The notes: generated from the letters alone by a model not told the origin. Shown: positions 1 through 13,057, counted from the whole stretch's first letter. The stretch: 63,796 nucleotides of DNA, filler included, from Olpidium bornovanus S191 (GCA_017911155.1; 33 parts of 33 records of this genome joined end to end with filler, not necessarily neighbours in it); one strand, 5' to 3'. A program made the numbers and translations.

Positions 1-751
1 CATGTGACGGCAAAACGAGATGGCCAAAGGCGCAGCCTGAAGGGCGCATCGCCTGGATGAAGTGAGGCTTGTTTTCCTTTGGCTTGTACTGTGCAGAATT
101 CCGACGGCGAAGGTGTTGGGCGCCTTCTGTGCATCCCCTGCGGTCTATAAAACGGTTCTGACGGAATCTGAAAACAACCAACGGAGGAAGAAAAGTGGAA
201 AACAAGCGTGGACAACAAGTGGCGGGACGGGTTTACCGGCGTTTCCAACGGAGGTTTCCTTTTTCTCTTAGTTTCGGCCCTGGCGCGCCGAAAACTTTTG
301 GCCCGCAAACGTCCGTTTTATTAATATTATTATTACTATTATTACTATCATCATCATCATCATCATCGTTTTTTGCGGCGGGCGATTCGCCTATACCTAA
401 CCGGCCCCCCACCCTCCCCCCTTCCTCCCGCGAGAATCACCCGCGCGGACCTTGCTTTTTCCTGCCTTCTTGCTTCAAACCATCTACCCTACGACCAAGG
501 CCAGATTGGTGCAAAATTTCCAACGGAGACCCGCCATCGTCGACGCGTGTGGCGAGCCGATGATGTCAATCGTTCAGCTCCAAACTTGCCGCCTTGCTGC
601 GTTAAAAAAATCTCTTCTATTTTGCCCACACGCGCGCGCGCACACCTCCCCCATCACACCCCATCCCATGCTTTGAACGCCTGCAGCGTTGATACAGTGA
701 CATGAAGCGTGGAAAGGAAGAAGAACTGACAACCGAAAATGTGCCGGGGTC

Positions 752-1659
752 TTAACCGGCGGCCGCACGCCTCTGGACGGCACGTTTTTCGGTGAGAGCC
801 TTGAAACCGGATTTGATCGCGGCCACGGAGCGGGTCGAGTTGCAAGATTCGCACTGCAGGAAGAACAGGCGGTTCTCCTTTACAAGAATTGTGTCGGGCG
901 ACTTGCAGGTCTTGCACTGAACGTAGTCCACTGAGCGAACAAAGAGGAACAGCACCGAGATTTGAGCACCGACAGCGCCTTTCCGCGCATTCCAGGACGC
1001 CAACGGGCGTAATCAAACGGCAGCAGAAATTCTCACTGATATATCGCCGGATGATGGCCTCGATCTGCTTTGGCGTAAACCGCCCCTTGATGACCAGGCG
1101 CTGCTCGCCGTCAGTCGAACCGGTGGTACCAAGTTCAGCAAAAAGGAACTGGATGAGGTGCTCCGGCTGTCTGTGCATCTTGCGGCAGATGTCGACAAGG
1201 TTGGCGAAAATGGTCTTCTTAGGCTCCCGATGGATGCTGGGCGGGGTCATCGTATATTTCTTCTTTTCTCCGACGAGATCCGGGTTGAACTGCCTCAGGT
1301 TTTGGAAGACGCGGTTGAGAAGTTCCTTGTACAAATAATCCCGGTCCGATCCCAACCACGGCTCTTTGCCCTCGGCACCTGCGCGGAGGAGGCGCCAACA
1401 ACCAGAAGCCGCAGGTCGACCACAGGCCAGATAAGCCAGTACGACCGCCAGAAGATAAAGAAACCGGGTAAAACGCATGCGCGCATCCGCCTTTCCGATC
1501 GTGAAGCAGGCACGTCCACGCCGCGACGCCCCCTGCGCGCGCAGATTTCCAACAAAAAAGCGTACCGCCTTCGTGATCGTCGTCTCCTTCTCCAAAGGTG
1601 ATGCCCGACGCGCCAAATTCGTCATCTTCGTCTTTAAGTGCCTCCTCAAACTCTGCCAT
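752..1659 (-). CDS. SUI3: Translation initiation factor eIF2 beta subunit (5' truncated, 3 exons seen)
   Basis: Exons 1659-1566, 1378-1037 and 930-752 with GT..AG introns. They give [57 protein letters not shown] and the C4 zinc finger CKTCKSPDT...LQCESC, ending at TAA 754-752. Confidence 0.95.
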
Positions 1660-1661
1660 GG

Positions 1662-1761
1662 NNNNNNNNNNNNNNNNNNNNNNNNNNNNNNNNNNNNNNN
1701 NNNNNTTAATTAATTAANNNNNNNNNNNNNNNNNNNNNNNNNNNNNNNNNNNNNNNNNNNN
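1662..1761. other. Artificial contig-joining spacer N44-TTAATTAATTAA-N44 (first of 32)
   Basis: The identical 100-bp unit starts at 1662, 2765, 4624, 6341, 7900, 9865, 11487, 12896, 14031, 17127, 18753, 19901, 21362, 24440, 26100, 28356, 30160, 32702, 33992, 35166, 36488, 37777, 39722, 42509, 44861, 46578, 47730, 48958, 50330, 55279, 57007 and 58133. TTAATTAATTAA gives TAA stops in all six frames. Confidence 0.99.
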
Positions 1762-1764
1762 GGT

Positions 1765-1843
<79 letters not shown>

Positions 1844-2864
1844 GGGGCGGAGGATAAGGGGGGTTTTTAGGGGGGAGGAGAGAGAGAGAGTCAGAGAGAG
1901 AGAGAGATTACGCATCGGACATATTTTCGGGCGGGGGCGATTCACAAACCCCGACGCAGCAGCACACACGCAGCAAGCGCACACGCACCCCCGCTCCCCG
2001 GTATGTACACGCCTGCGCGCAAAGATGGGGCGGTAGTAAGTTTCACAACATGCGAGTCTGATGGCCGTTTTGACGTGCGAGGAGGGCCGGCCCCCCCTTC
2101 CCCCCCCCCCCCCCGCCCCGATCGCCACCCGCGGTTCTCGACAAGTTGTCACCCCGCGCTCGGGGCATTTCGCTCGTGAGTGCTTTCGCCGTTGGCAGGA
2201 CCGCGGACTCGGCTGGCAGACAAAAAAAACCCTCTCCGTCCGCCCGCAGACAAAAAAAAACAAAGCCCTCGTCGTCTCGGTTGGCAGACGACCGTCTCTC
2301 TCTTTCTCCTGATCAACACGGGTTATTCCACCCACCCCCTTTCCCCGTTGATAACGGGCGCGTTGGCGGGCGTCCCGATCAACGGAAAGTTCCAGAAGGA
2401 AAATGTGCAGTAACCCCGGGGCGCGCGCTAACACGCTCTTGACGCTCATATTCGCGCGGCGGCAATCTACTGCATTAAAAGCCGGCAGCGCAGCAGATGC
2501 CACCGCAGCCGGGCGTTCGCGTGCGAACGGCGCGCGACGACGTTGACGATGCTGCGCATTGCGCGGGCGGGCGGGCGTGGACGCGCTGCTCGCCGGCGAT
2601 GCTGACAGCGTGTTGCTTGTTCCAAGGTGCCAATGCGGTTGATCATGTGATTTTACAAAGGCGGGGACGGGACGACCGAGCGTTATGCGCACTCGTAGAA
2701 AACCCGCGCGCGACTCCAGCGGGAACGACGCCAAGATCTCGGCCCGACTTCATCCCGTAAAAACNNNNNNNNNNNNNNNNNNNNNNNNNNNNNNNNNNNN
2801 NNNNNNNNTTAATTAATTAANNNNNNNNNNNNNNNNNNNNNNNNNNNNNNNNNNNNNNNNNNNN

Positions 2865-4608
2865 CCCCGCCGCGAGAATTGGACTTTGCCGTCGCCGTCG
2901 CCGTGCCTCGCGGTGAGCGGGCGCCGGTTAGGCTCCAGGTCTGTGTCCACCACGGGGGGGATCGTCCGTATTTTGATCGGCTCGGCGCACTGCGCCCCGC
3001 TTTCGCCTTCGTGCCTGGCCGGGTTCCTCGCGGCGGCGGCGGCCGGCAGCGCCGCCTGCGGGAGGTACGGCAGGAGTTTGCTCTGCCGGGCCGACTCTTC
3101 AGGGGAGTAACGCTTGAATTTGAGCCACCTGATCTCTTTCCGCAGCCGGCCGATCACGGTCTGGTACGCCTGCTTCTGCGCGTGCAGCGCGAGCCGCTTC
3201 GCCCGGTGGGCGGCATCTTTGCTGGCGTACGTGGGATCATCGCTCTTGAGCTGCTCTTCCTTTTCCTGAAGCTCGTGCAGCAGTTCGTCCCGCGATCTCA
3301 ACTCCTGCTGCAGCTGCATTTTGCGGGGATAGGGGAAGAAGAAGGAACCGTCAGAATCGTGTTTTTTTTTTGTTTTTGTTTTTGTTTTCGCTCCCCGGCC
3401 TCCCACGCCCTGGAATTTATTCTCCGGCGAGAAGCGGAAACGGCGTGTCCCGCGCCTACCTTGCGGACGTCGTTCTGCAGCACTCGAACGATCGCCAATA
3501 CGTCGGCGTCCGCCGCCTTCCCGGACGCTTCGGCAGACTGCGATACGCGCGACGCGCGACGCTCCGGCGGGGCGACGGAAACGTGAACGGCGCCTATCTG
3601 CGGAAGACCGGAAGCGCCCGCCGGCGGCGCGGCCCGCCCGCCGCCCGCCGGCAACGGTTCGGGCCGAGGTTCGACCGGCGCGGGGTGCACGACCGGTCCG
3701 AGCGGCGGCGCCTTTCCCGGTCCCGGAGGAATCTGCCGGACGGCCTCGACCGCGGGCTTGACCGCCGCGCCGCCGCCGCCCGCCGAAGCGAGCGACTCCG
3801 TCGACAGTCCGCCGTGGGAGCGCCGCCGAGCGACGTTCGCGGCGGTCGGCCTGGACTTCCGTCTCCCTCGGACGACGATCGATTCCAAGGAGGGCACGTC
3901 GGCCGCATCGTCCGCCGCCCTGAAGGCGGCGTCGAACGACGAGGCGGACGAACTTGCGCTCGCGGGCCGGACCCGCATTCGGCGCCCGCTTTGCGGCCGC
4001 AGGCCGGACGGCGGCCGTGGGACTGTCAAAACGGTCCCCGCCGGTCTGCTGGCAAGCGATTCTTTCAACAATGGCGTCGGCGTCGTCGGTCCCCACTCCA
4101 CTCTCGCGGGCTGCGCCAGTTCCGCCGGGATCAACGGCATTGCGACGCGAGGCGATTGGACCTCGTATTGAGCGAGATCGGGTCCTACAAGGTCTTCGAG
4201 GCTCGCCAACGTGAAGTCCTCCTCGCTAGCCGTCTGCGGCTCTGCAGGCACCATCACGTACGCGTCCTCGTCCAGGTCGCATACTTCCGATTCTTGTACA
4301 AGCCGTTCGGCCGGCTCACGTTCCTCATCCGATTCGCCCGGGTGCTGTTCATCGAAATGGTTGTAGGAAATCCGCATCCCGTCTGCTTCCAACGACGGGA
4401 CCGACAGCGGCAGCTCGAGATTCGACACGGTTTCGCTCAAGGCTCGGGTGGGACGCAGCGTCATGGATTCCTGAAGAGCGGTAGCTGATAAGGGACGAGC
4501 ATCATGGGGATCAGCAAAATAAAAGGCAGGGCTGAGGTTGGGGTCGTTGAGCGTTTCGTTACCTTCGAAAGCGGAAACGTCGGGGACGGGAGCTGGACGC
4601 TTTTGCAA
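2865..4608 (-). CDS. Hypothetical low-complexity protein with C-terminal coiled coil (partial)
   Basis: Long Pro/Ser/Ala-rich open frame to 3460, donor GTAGGC at 3459, acceptor at 3315-3314, then an in-frame exon LQQELRSRDELLHELQEKEEQLK...IGRLRKEIRWLK. No family recognised. Confidence 0.55.
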
Positions 4609-4723
4609 GAGATCCTGAAGGGCNNNNNNNNNNNNNNNNNNNNNNNNNNNNNNNNNNNNNNNNNNNNTTAATTAATTAANNNNNNNNNNNNNNNNNNNNN
4701 NNNNNNNNNNNNNNNNNNNNNNN

Positions 4724-4763
<40 letters not shown>

Positions 4764-4801
4764 CGCGCGCGCCCCCCCCCCCCCCCCCCCGCCCCCCCCC
4801 G

Positions 4802-4847
<46 letters not shown>

Positions 4848-5087
4848 AGGCGCGCGTCGCGTCGGGCTTCGAACGGCGCCGTCTCAGAGCCGTTCTCGGG
4901 CGCCCGTCGACGGCGCGCGGCCGCGCGGACGTCGGGAGCGCCCCGTTCGCTTCACGGCACGAGCGCGCGCTCGCCGATCTCCCTGCCTCGGCCGTGGGAC
5001 CCAGACGCCGGACGCCGGTCGGCCGCCCCGGCAAGGGGCCCGGCGAAGCCGGGGCGCGTCCTTCCGTCACGGCCCGGCCTCCTCTCC

Positions 5088-5160
<73 letters not shown>

Positions 5161-5380
5161 ACACCCCGCAGGAGCACCCCCCCGCCCTGTTTCGTCCGAG
5201 CCAAGGGCCCGCGGCGGAAAATCGCATTTGAATTCCGCGCGCTCTCCGCGGCCGATTTCTGCCTTCGGGGTCCGCGCCGGGAGCTCTTGGTTCAGAATCC
5301 GCGTTCGGAGTTTTGAGGTTGGACGTTTGAGACAAGAGTCCGCGTGCCGGAGTCGATTTGGGCTCTCTGCGTTCCCGACT

Positions 5381-5501
5381 CTGCATAGGAGTCCGGGGTC
5401 GGAGCGTTTATCCGGTTCCGCGGCGGAGGCTGCGTTGGATTATTCTGCATTGGAGTCCGGGGTCGGAGCGTTTATCCGGTTCCGCGGCGGAGGCTGCGTT
5501 G
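5381..5501. repeat. Tandem direct repeat, 64-bp period, about 2 copies
   Basis: CTGCAT(A/T)GGAGTCCGGGGTCGGAGCGTTTATCCGGTTCCGCGGCGGAGGCTGCGTTG starts at 5381 and at 5445. Confidence 0.85.
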
Positions 5502-6241
5502 TATTCTGAGCGGGGATCCCAGCTCTGAATTCCGCGCTGGAAATCCCGCTGTCGGGAGTCCGCTCCGGAATTTGCGTCAGAATCCAGGCCGGAACTGCCG
5601 CGCCGCGATCGGGCGTCAAGAACCCGCGCCGGGATCTCACGCGCCCGATCCCGCGTTCCGGAAACCTGCATCAGGGTTTTCCCCCGGCGTCGGGAAAAAG
5701 CCCGCTCCGGATTTTCCGAGCCAGATCCTCTCCGCGTCGGGGCTTCCGAGCCGGAACCCCGCGGTTTCAGAAGTTCTTGCGCCAAACGACCCCCTGCGCC
5801 CGAGAGAGCCTCCGAACCGGAAAAAAACCAGATTTCCGGGGTTCCCGGCGCCCCCGGAACTCGGCGCGTCAGAAAACCGGTATCCGCCCCCCAATCCTGC
5901 GAATCCTGTGACGCCCTACATAACGCCCTGGATACAATTCTACCTTTTGCTCTCTTCTCACGGGCTCGCTGCGGGCTCTTCTGGTTCTCCTTTCCGGCCC
6001 CAAAACTCAACACGCCCCCCCCCCCAACTTTTTTTATTTCCCACTCTTTCATATTCTCTACTCCACGGGGAGCACGAAAGGGAAAGGGGGGGGGGTGTGG
6101 GGGGAGCCTCGCCCCGTTTCCCGTACGGAGAGCCCCAGCCGGACCTCACCCGCCCTGCGCGTTCCCATTAGGGTGCGTGCTGCGGCCCGCTCCACACGGC
6201 CGAGCGCGAACGGGGCGTCCCCCTTTCTGCTGCTGCCGCCT

Positions 6242-6274
<33 letters not shown>

Positions 6275-7999
6275 CGGGGGGGGGGGGGGGGGAGGGAAGG
6301 GGGGGGGGGGGGGGGGGGGGGGGAGGCGGCCGGAGCGGCGNNNNNNNNNNNNNNNNNNNNNNNNNNNNNNNNNNNNNNNNNNNNTTAATTAATTAANNNN
6401 NNNNNNNNNNNNNNNNNNNNNNNNNNNNNNNNNNNNNNNNAAAGTGTGCACTTCTCACTTTCGCTCCGCCCACTCGGCAAAACATACCGGATGGTCACGC
6501 ACGTCTCGTCCTGCGCACGAAAACACTTTTTTCGCAGCTGCTCCTTGGATTCCGGGCCATGGCTCGCGCCGGCCGTCGCCTCGGGCAAACCTGGTTCAAC
6601 GCAGTCCTCGTGATTGGGCCAACCCTGAAATACCTTGTGAGCTCGGAAATTGGTCAGCGGCCCGCTCGTGGACGGCCGTCTCGAAAAGCTTCTCGAAGTA
6701 CTCGGAAATATTTTCATCTCTTTTGAACAGTTAAATGCCTTCCCTGGTGAAACTTTGCGCGACGGCAAGGCCTCTCACCTCAGCAGGTCACATCTGCTTG
6801 GCTGGCACGCGTACGGCTCCCGTCATCCTTTACCTTTCTCGGCAGCGCTCTAACCTCACCCTCTCTCTCCGGTCCTGCTTGAGGAGTGCCAGTTGTCCGG
6901 AGCATAATCCCCTGTCGAAATGGGGACGAGCAGTTTGGACAGGAAGATGCGAGGGCCTCTGGTGCGGGATGGTGCGAGAGTGGCGTCGCTGGCCAGGGAA
7001 ATCCGCGGATCGGCCGAACGCGATGCAGACCGGCGACGCTTGCACATCACGATGCCGATTTGCAGCTTTTCCGGTTTTGCCCCGCGCTCTTTTTGGACGA
7101 GTTCGCGGAGGAGACAAAAATAAAAGAGAAAAGAACAGACCGCCGGACGCAAACGCGAATCACGTGTACCACGTCGAAAACCCCGAAAAATAAAAAAAAA
7201 AATAAATCCAAAAACTTTAAAAAAAAATTAAAAGAAACAAGGGAATTACGGAAAAACAAAAAATAAAAAATAAAAAGTTAGAAAATAAAAATAAAATAAA
7301 GTAAACTAAAAATATTAATAATTATAATAATTTGCCCCCGGTTGTTTTTTTTTGTCCCTGGCTCCTCCCGAGGTTAACTTCTCTTTTTTTTTTTTGACGG
7401 AAGAAGCCGCCCCCGCTTCCCGCCCTGGCCCCCCCAGTCCACCCGGTTCCCCTCCCCTCCTTCAACTTTTTACGCCCCCCCGAGAAGGGTTTTCCGCTTG
7501 TTGAGACTATACGTGTTACCGGCGGGACCAAACCCGCGAGGGCCTTTTTTTTTTCTGTTTCTTTCTTTCGACGTTCCGTTGAGAGGCGCGGGTTGCGGGG
7601 GCCCCAAGGACCGTAGTGAAGCAAACCGCGGACACACACCACACGCGGAAAATTTTTTTTTCCCACCTGTTGTTCCACGCTCCGTTTTACGCCCGCCGTT
7701 GGCGGTCGCAACCTTTCTTTTTGGGTTGGGCGCCAAGGCCACCCCGCCGGCAGGGGGCATTAAAATTTATCTGGACTCACTTTTTGCCGCCTGGCCGACA
7801 ACAGGGGGTCCCCAAGCACAGTTACAAACGGTTTCGGCAGCACTAATGCAAAAGAACTAGTAGAACAAAGGGAGGAAGAAGGTAGGTAGAGGGGGGGGGN
7901 NNNNNNNNNNNNNNNNNNNNNNNNNNNNNNNNNNNNNNNNNNNTTAATTAATTAANNNNNNNNNNNNNNNNNNNNNNNNNNNNNNNNNNNNNNNNNNNN

Positions 8000-8067
<68 letters not shown>

Positions 8068-8079
8068 GGGGGGGGGGGG

Positions 8080-8133
<54 letters not shown>

Positions 8134-8815
8134 GACGCAAATCGGGGAGAGAGAGAGAGAGAGTGAGAGAGAGTGAGAGAACAAGAAGGGGTTGGGTGGG
8201 TCTCGGGGCGGGAGAGACGACGGGCACAGCCCTTTTTTGTCCCTCCTCCCCATTTCTCACTCCTTCTCCCTCCTTCTCCTCGTCACTTCAGCCCCCCTGC
8301 TTTACCTCGCGCTTCCTCCTCCTTCTCCTCCTCCTCCTCATATGCAGAAGAAGAAGAAGAAGAAACAAACATCTTATCCCCCCCTTCCCCTTCAAACCTT
8401 CTCTCTCTCCTCCGCCCCTCTTTCTTTCCCCTCTGCGCAGATCTGCGCCTCGCCTCTCTCTATCATCACACCGCCGGAGGAGGAGGCGCTCCCGCGTGTC
8501 GCAAAAAAGAGCAGGAGCGCGACGGGGGGGGGGGGAGGGGGGGGGGGGCCCCCCCCCTGCTCGCCGGCGGGGCTGGCGGGGGAACGGGCGTTGACACTGC
8601 GCCGCGAAGAGGGGGACAGAGAAGAGGGGAGTCGGCGAGAGGCGCGACGGAGAGGAGATGGAGCGGGGGAAAATACCGAAAGTGGGCATTGAGTATGGGC
8701 GACGTTGATAATAACTGCCAAAATGGAACCGCGCGCGCCCTTTCGTCTTCCCCTCCCCTTTCCCCCCTTTTTTCTCCCCTTTTCCCCCTAACCCCCCCTT
8801 TTCCCCCACGCAGAC

Positions 8816-8847
<32 letters not shown>

Positions 8848-9278
8848 AAAAACGCGGGGGGTCAATGCAGTCAAAGAAACAACGGAGAGGCGCCGGGGGT
8901 GAGGGGCGCGGAATCCACGATCAAAAAAATAAAATTAATAAATAAAAAAATAAAAAACCAGATGTGGGAATACAATACCACGGCAGGCCGCGAAGATGCC
9001 GCCCCACATTGGCCCTCCCCCAGTCACCGGGCCCCATTGCCGCTCCGCATATGCAGTTCGTCTGCGTTGCCGGGACCCCCCACGCCAAGCCCCTTTCCCC
9101 GGCACCGCTCGGGCGACGGGCTTCCTGCTTCGTTTGAACATGGTGCCGACGAATTTCCACGGGACGAAACGACGGCGACGGCCGCAGAAAAAGGAGGGAG
9201 GAGGAGTGGGGCAGAAAGCCTGTCTGGGGCCTTACGCGCCGCACAGTAAAAATAAGCTGCGTTGAAAACCTCCTCCCC

Positions 9279-9322
9279 GCAGCCGCCGTCAGGTAAAAAC
9301 GCAGCCGCCGTCAGGTAAAAAC
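9279..9322. repeat. Exact 22-bp tandem duplication
   Basis: GCAGCCGCCGTCAGGTAAAAAC at 9279-9300 and 9301-9322. Confidence 0.9.
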
Positions 9323-10033
9323 GGCGACGGTTTTGCCAGGATATACGGAGGGGCCGGGAGAAGCGGGGGGAAAGGGGGGGTGGGAGGGAGGGGGGGGGGA
9401 AGTGGGAGGAAAAACGAAAGAGGGGAATAGGAACGATGGACGTTTCGCGGACGCGTCGTGCGGGGGCCCACCCGCTGTAAAAATCAGCGTTTGCGCGTTG
9501 TTTGCTCGCAAGTTATACAACGAAGTCGGCGTTGTGCGCCGAAAACCTTGGGGCGGGGGAATCGACTTGGGAATGGACTTTTTCTTTTGCTTCTTTTCTC
9601 CGAGAGGCGGGGAAACCCCTAAAAAGTCGCGAGACGGCCCACTTCCCCCACCCCTTCTCACTTGATTTTCAGGCTCAGATACGCCGCGACCAGCGCGCTG
9701 ACGCCTCCCAATCTGAGGACCCAACCTGTGCAAAGTAAAGCAGGGCGGTATGCGGTTTCGCCGGGCGGAAAAATTGAAATCAGCCGAGGCCAACGTCGTG
9801 AACGCCCCCTCGCCCCTCCATCGCCCTCTTCCCCGTTGGAGACGAACGGTCGAAATATGCATGGNNNNNNNNNNNNNNNNNNNNNNNNNNNNNNNNNNNN
9901 NNNNNNNNTTAATTAATTAANNNNNNNNNNNNNNNNNNNNNNNNNNNNNNNNNNNNNNNNNNNNCATGGGGATGGCGCACACGGAACGCACCGGCACATT
10001 TCTTTGCTCCAGGCGCCAGAAACGGACACCTCA

Positions 10034-11447
10034 ATGTCCTCCCCCGCTCCGAAGCGTCCGGCGCCGGGTTTCCTGGAGAACGACCGCGACGACAGCGGGG
10101 ACGTGCCCCGCCTGGGCCGTCTGCGGCAGCTGGCTGCCAAGCAGCCGGAGCGGATTGTTTTCTGCATCGACGTTTCCACGGAGGGGACGACCCGAATGAT
10201 GCGGTCGGGGTCAAACATCACCGAAGGGGAACCGTGCGTACGCGGGACAGCAAACATCGCCGCCTAAACTCAAACCACCGACCAAACGTTCCCCCACGTT
10301 ACCCCGGCCTGTCCACACGGCGGCTCCTCTGACACGCCTCTGTCTCGCCACCGCGGAGCAGATCTCGCATGGAAGTGATCCGTTGCTTCCTGAAACGTTT
10401 CGTCTACCTGAAGTATCAGACGCGGCCAGACACCGAGTTCGCGATATGCCTGCTGCAAGACCACGCTGTCTGGGTGGGATGGAAACGGAGGGGGCAAAAT
10501 CTCAGGATCGCGGCTTCGGGTGGTGCTGTGCCTAGGCAGCCCTGACGTAAATGTTATCGGGTTGCCGCAGCACATGGATTTCGTATCGAACCAGCTGGAG
10601 CTAGTGGACATGGCCATCGATGAGGTTAGGCTTTTTGCCGGAAACCATGCGACTTATTTTAATGGGCTATACGCGATCTGACGACAAGATTTGTGTGACT
10701 TGCGAATTACCCTCCAGATCGCCCCGACCGGATACTACGGTCAGCTGGGTGAGTCCATGCTTGGCCACGCCGCACAGCTTCGGTGGAAGAGGACCCGAAG
10801 CGCCGTGTTTTTTTTTTCATACGAACGATGCGATTCATTTGGTCATTGCGTTTACAGATTCGGACGCGTTCTTCGACCTCCTGTGAGGACGCCCGCTGGC
10901 CGATGGCGTTATTTGTCGTTTTCTGTTTGGACGTTCATTCCTGGCCTTAGCTTACCTCTAGGACTTACCTCTCGGTTTACCTGCAGTTTTCAGCACGCAG
11001 CGCCAGACAGGCTGACCAGAGCACTTTGCTTGATCACGCGGTGCGCGTGCCCTTCTGAGACCTCAGATGCTACGGTCGACAGGCTCAGGTTTTCCAACGT
11101 CGTCGTGGATGCCGTGTATCTGCATGACCGAGAAAGCGAGGAGTTTAAGCCGCAGGACGTGTACGACCGGCTAACAGAATGGGAGAACCAGCAGTTTCAA
11201 GGGGGAGGATGGTACTGATTTAAAGATAAAACTATGCGGCTACCGAGACTGTGACAGAGGACCCGGGGTTCAGCGGGCCGTCGTTCCTAAAGCACCCTTC
11301 TCCGTATTTTTGCGAAGGTGGTTTTTCGAAACTGTTCGAACGACAAAGAAGATGTCAATTGCTTTCATGAAGTTGCTAGCAAACCCCGCTGTGCGGTACA
11401 AGCAGGACGAGGCTTCGTTTACAATGCCTGTATACGATCCGCTGTGA
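10034..11447 (+). CDS. BABAM1: BRISC/BRCA1-A complex member 1 (MERIT40/NBA1)-like VWA protein, apparently complete, multi-exon
   Basis: Spliced pieces: PERIVFCIDVSTE; SRMEVIRCFLKRFVYLKYQTRPDTEFAICLLQDHAVW; HMDFVSNQLELVDMAIDE; DSDAFFDLL; VVVDAVYLHDRESEEFKPQDVYDRL; FMKLLANPAVRYKQ...DPL* (TGA 11445-11447). The order parallels MERIT40 as I recall it (PEKVIICLD..., HEFALVV..., DVVYIH, KLLAHPLQR). Confidence 0.8.
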
Positions 11448-11586
11448 TGGCGGTCCAAAATGCACAGGCGTGAGAGCCGTTTGTCANNNNNNNNNNNNNN
11501 NNNNNNNNNNNNNNNNNNNNNNNNNNNNNNTTAATTAATTAANNNNNNNNNNNNNNNNNNNNNNNNNNNNNNNNNNNNNNNNNNNN

Positions 11587-12894
11587 CATGATGCCTCCGA
11601 CTCCCACGACGACGACTTCCTTGAAATTCAGCCCCCTGCACTCGACGACGACGGTGCTCGAAAATCTCCCGACCGACGAGGGCTTAAACTGCACGGCCAC
11701 GTCTTTGCTGGCCTTCGGGTCCAGGTCGCCGTGGTCGTCGGAGATGCTGAAGCAGTCCCGGACGGTGGGGATTGCCCACCTGAAGGGAACCCGCCCCCGG
11801 TTCGTGATCGTGAAACTGTTGGTGTACTCGTACCCGACGGCGCACACCCCGAAGTCCAGGTGGGTGTTTTTGATCATCATCTCCGGGAAGGACGCCTTTC
11901 CCCTGACGTTGACGCCGTAGACCCCGATGTTCGTTTTGATGCTCATGTGGGAGCGCAGCTCGTAACCTCCGGACGGGTGCCAGGTGACGCTTATCTGGCC
12001 GGCCTCGCCCCCGGCGACCGTCCCGGAAGTCGGGGACACTTTGATCGGGTACACGTATTCGATCTGGTACGCCAGGGGGAACGCCCCGTAGTTTCGCAGC
12101 TCGAAGTCCTTCGTCGTGCTTTCCAGGACGGGGCATATCCCGAGGTTTATGACGGCGAAGTCGGAGGGCTGCAGTATGGCCTCCTCGCACCGGCCCGCCA
12201 CCGTCACGATGTAGACCTTGTCCGCCATGTCGGTGCGGACCGCCAGCTTCTCGCTGAAGCGCGCGACCTCCTGGCGCATATAGGTCACGCTGACCTCGAC
12301 CGACTGCTTCGGCGACAGGGTCCCCTTGCTCCCCGCGATGTGAAAGAGCGGCGGCTTGGTCGCGGACTTGACAGAGTACGACGTCCGCACGGTCCCGACG
12401 TTTTTCATCGTGAACGTCAGCGTCGGCCTCTCCTTCTTCTCGAACATGCCGAAGTCGAGGTTGTACGAGTTTATCTCCAGCGTGGCCGTGCCGGCGTGCA
12501 GCGAGATCGGTATGGAGTGGTGGGAATACGGCGAGGCGATGTTGAGCATGTTCAAGACCTTGCACGGCTTCGCCGGCCGGTACGTGATCGTCACGCTGCT
12601 GTCGGAAAACGGGCTGATGATCAGGGCCTGCGGGTTGAACTCGATGTCGGGGACGGGGCTCTCGAGCGTGAACTTGACCGGGTAGTTCACGTCGCCGACG
12701 TTTTTCAGGTTCAGCTTCTGGTCGTATCTGTTGCCGATGATGCACTCCGAGAAGTCGATCGCGACCTTGGTCACGATGAGCACGGCCTCCCGCCCGACCC
12801 CCACGAGCTCGATGTCCCAGCTCTCCGTGTTTGTGCCGATGGTCAGCCTTCCGGGGGGCGGTGTGTCCTCGTGCGGGTTGAAAATAATGGGCAT
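11587..12894 (-). CDS. Multi-ASH/PapD-like Ig-fold protein of the Hydin/CFAP65/CFAP47/DLEC1 type (internal fragment)
   Basis: Open through the whole contig. Repeated units of roughly 100 aa: LDFGMFEK...FTMKNVG, INLGICPV...FELRNYG, LDFGVCAV...FTITNRG, each followed by P..G.L.P...V.V.F.P-like segments. Confidence 0.75.
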
Positions 12895-13007
12895 GNNNNN
12901 NNNNNNNNNNNNNNNNNNNNNNNNNNNNNNNNNNNNNNNTTAATTAATTAANNNNNNNNNNNNNNNNNNNNNNNNNNNNNNNNNNNNNNNNNNNNAAAAA
13001 AATCTTT

Positions 13008-13057
<50 letters not shown>

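Noticed and set aside
1706-1717. TTAATTAATTAA as a biological repeat or CRISPR-like direct repeat
   Set aside because: It is always centred in exactly 88 N and is a six-frame-stop linker.
2380-2764. Possible exons on the minus strand (FYGMKSGRDLGVVPAG, MINRIGTLEQ)
   Set aside because: The fragments are too short to assign. The resemblance to lipid-kinase motifs is weak.
4672-9916. Poly-Pro, poly-Gly, poly-Lys and poly-Phe ORFs in these contigs
   Set aside because: They are translations of homopolymer runs near contig ends. No family motifs or consistent splice structure.
11731-12951. Long antisense ORFs such as 11731-12951 (+), 21607-22878 (-) and 26421-27395 (-)
   Set aside because: They are shadows of GC3-rich genes on the opposite strand and carry no motifs of their own.
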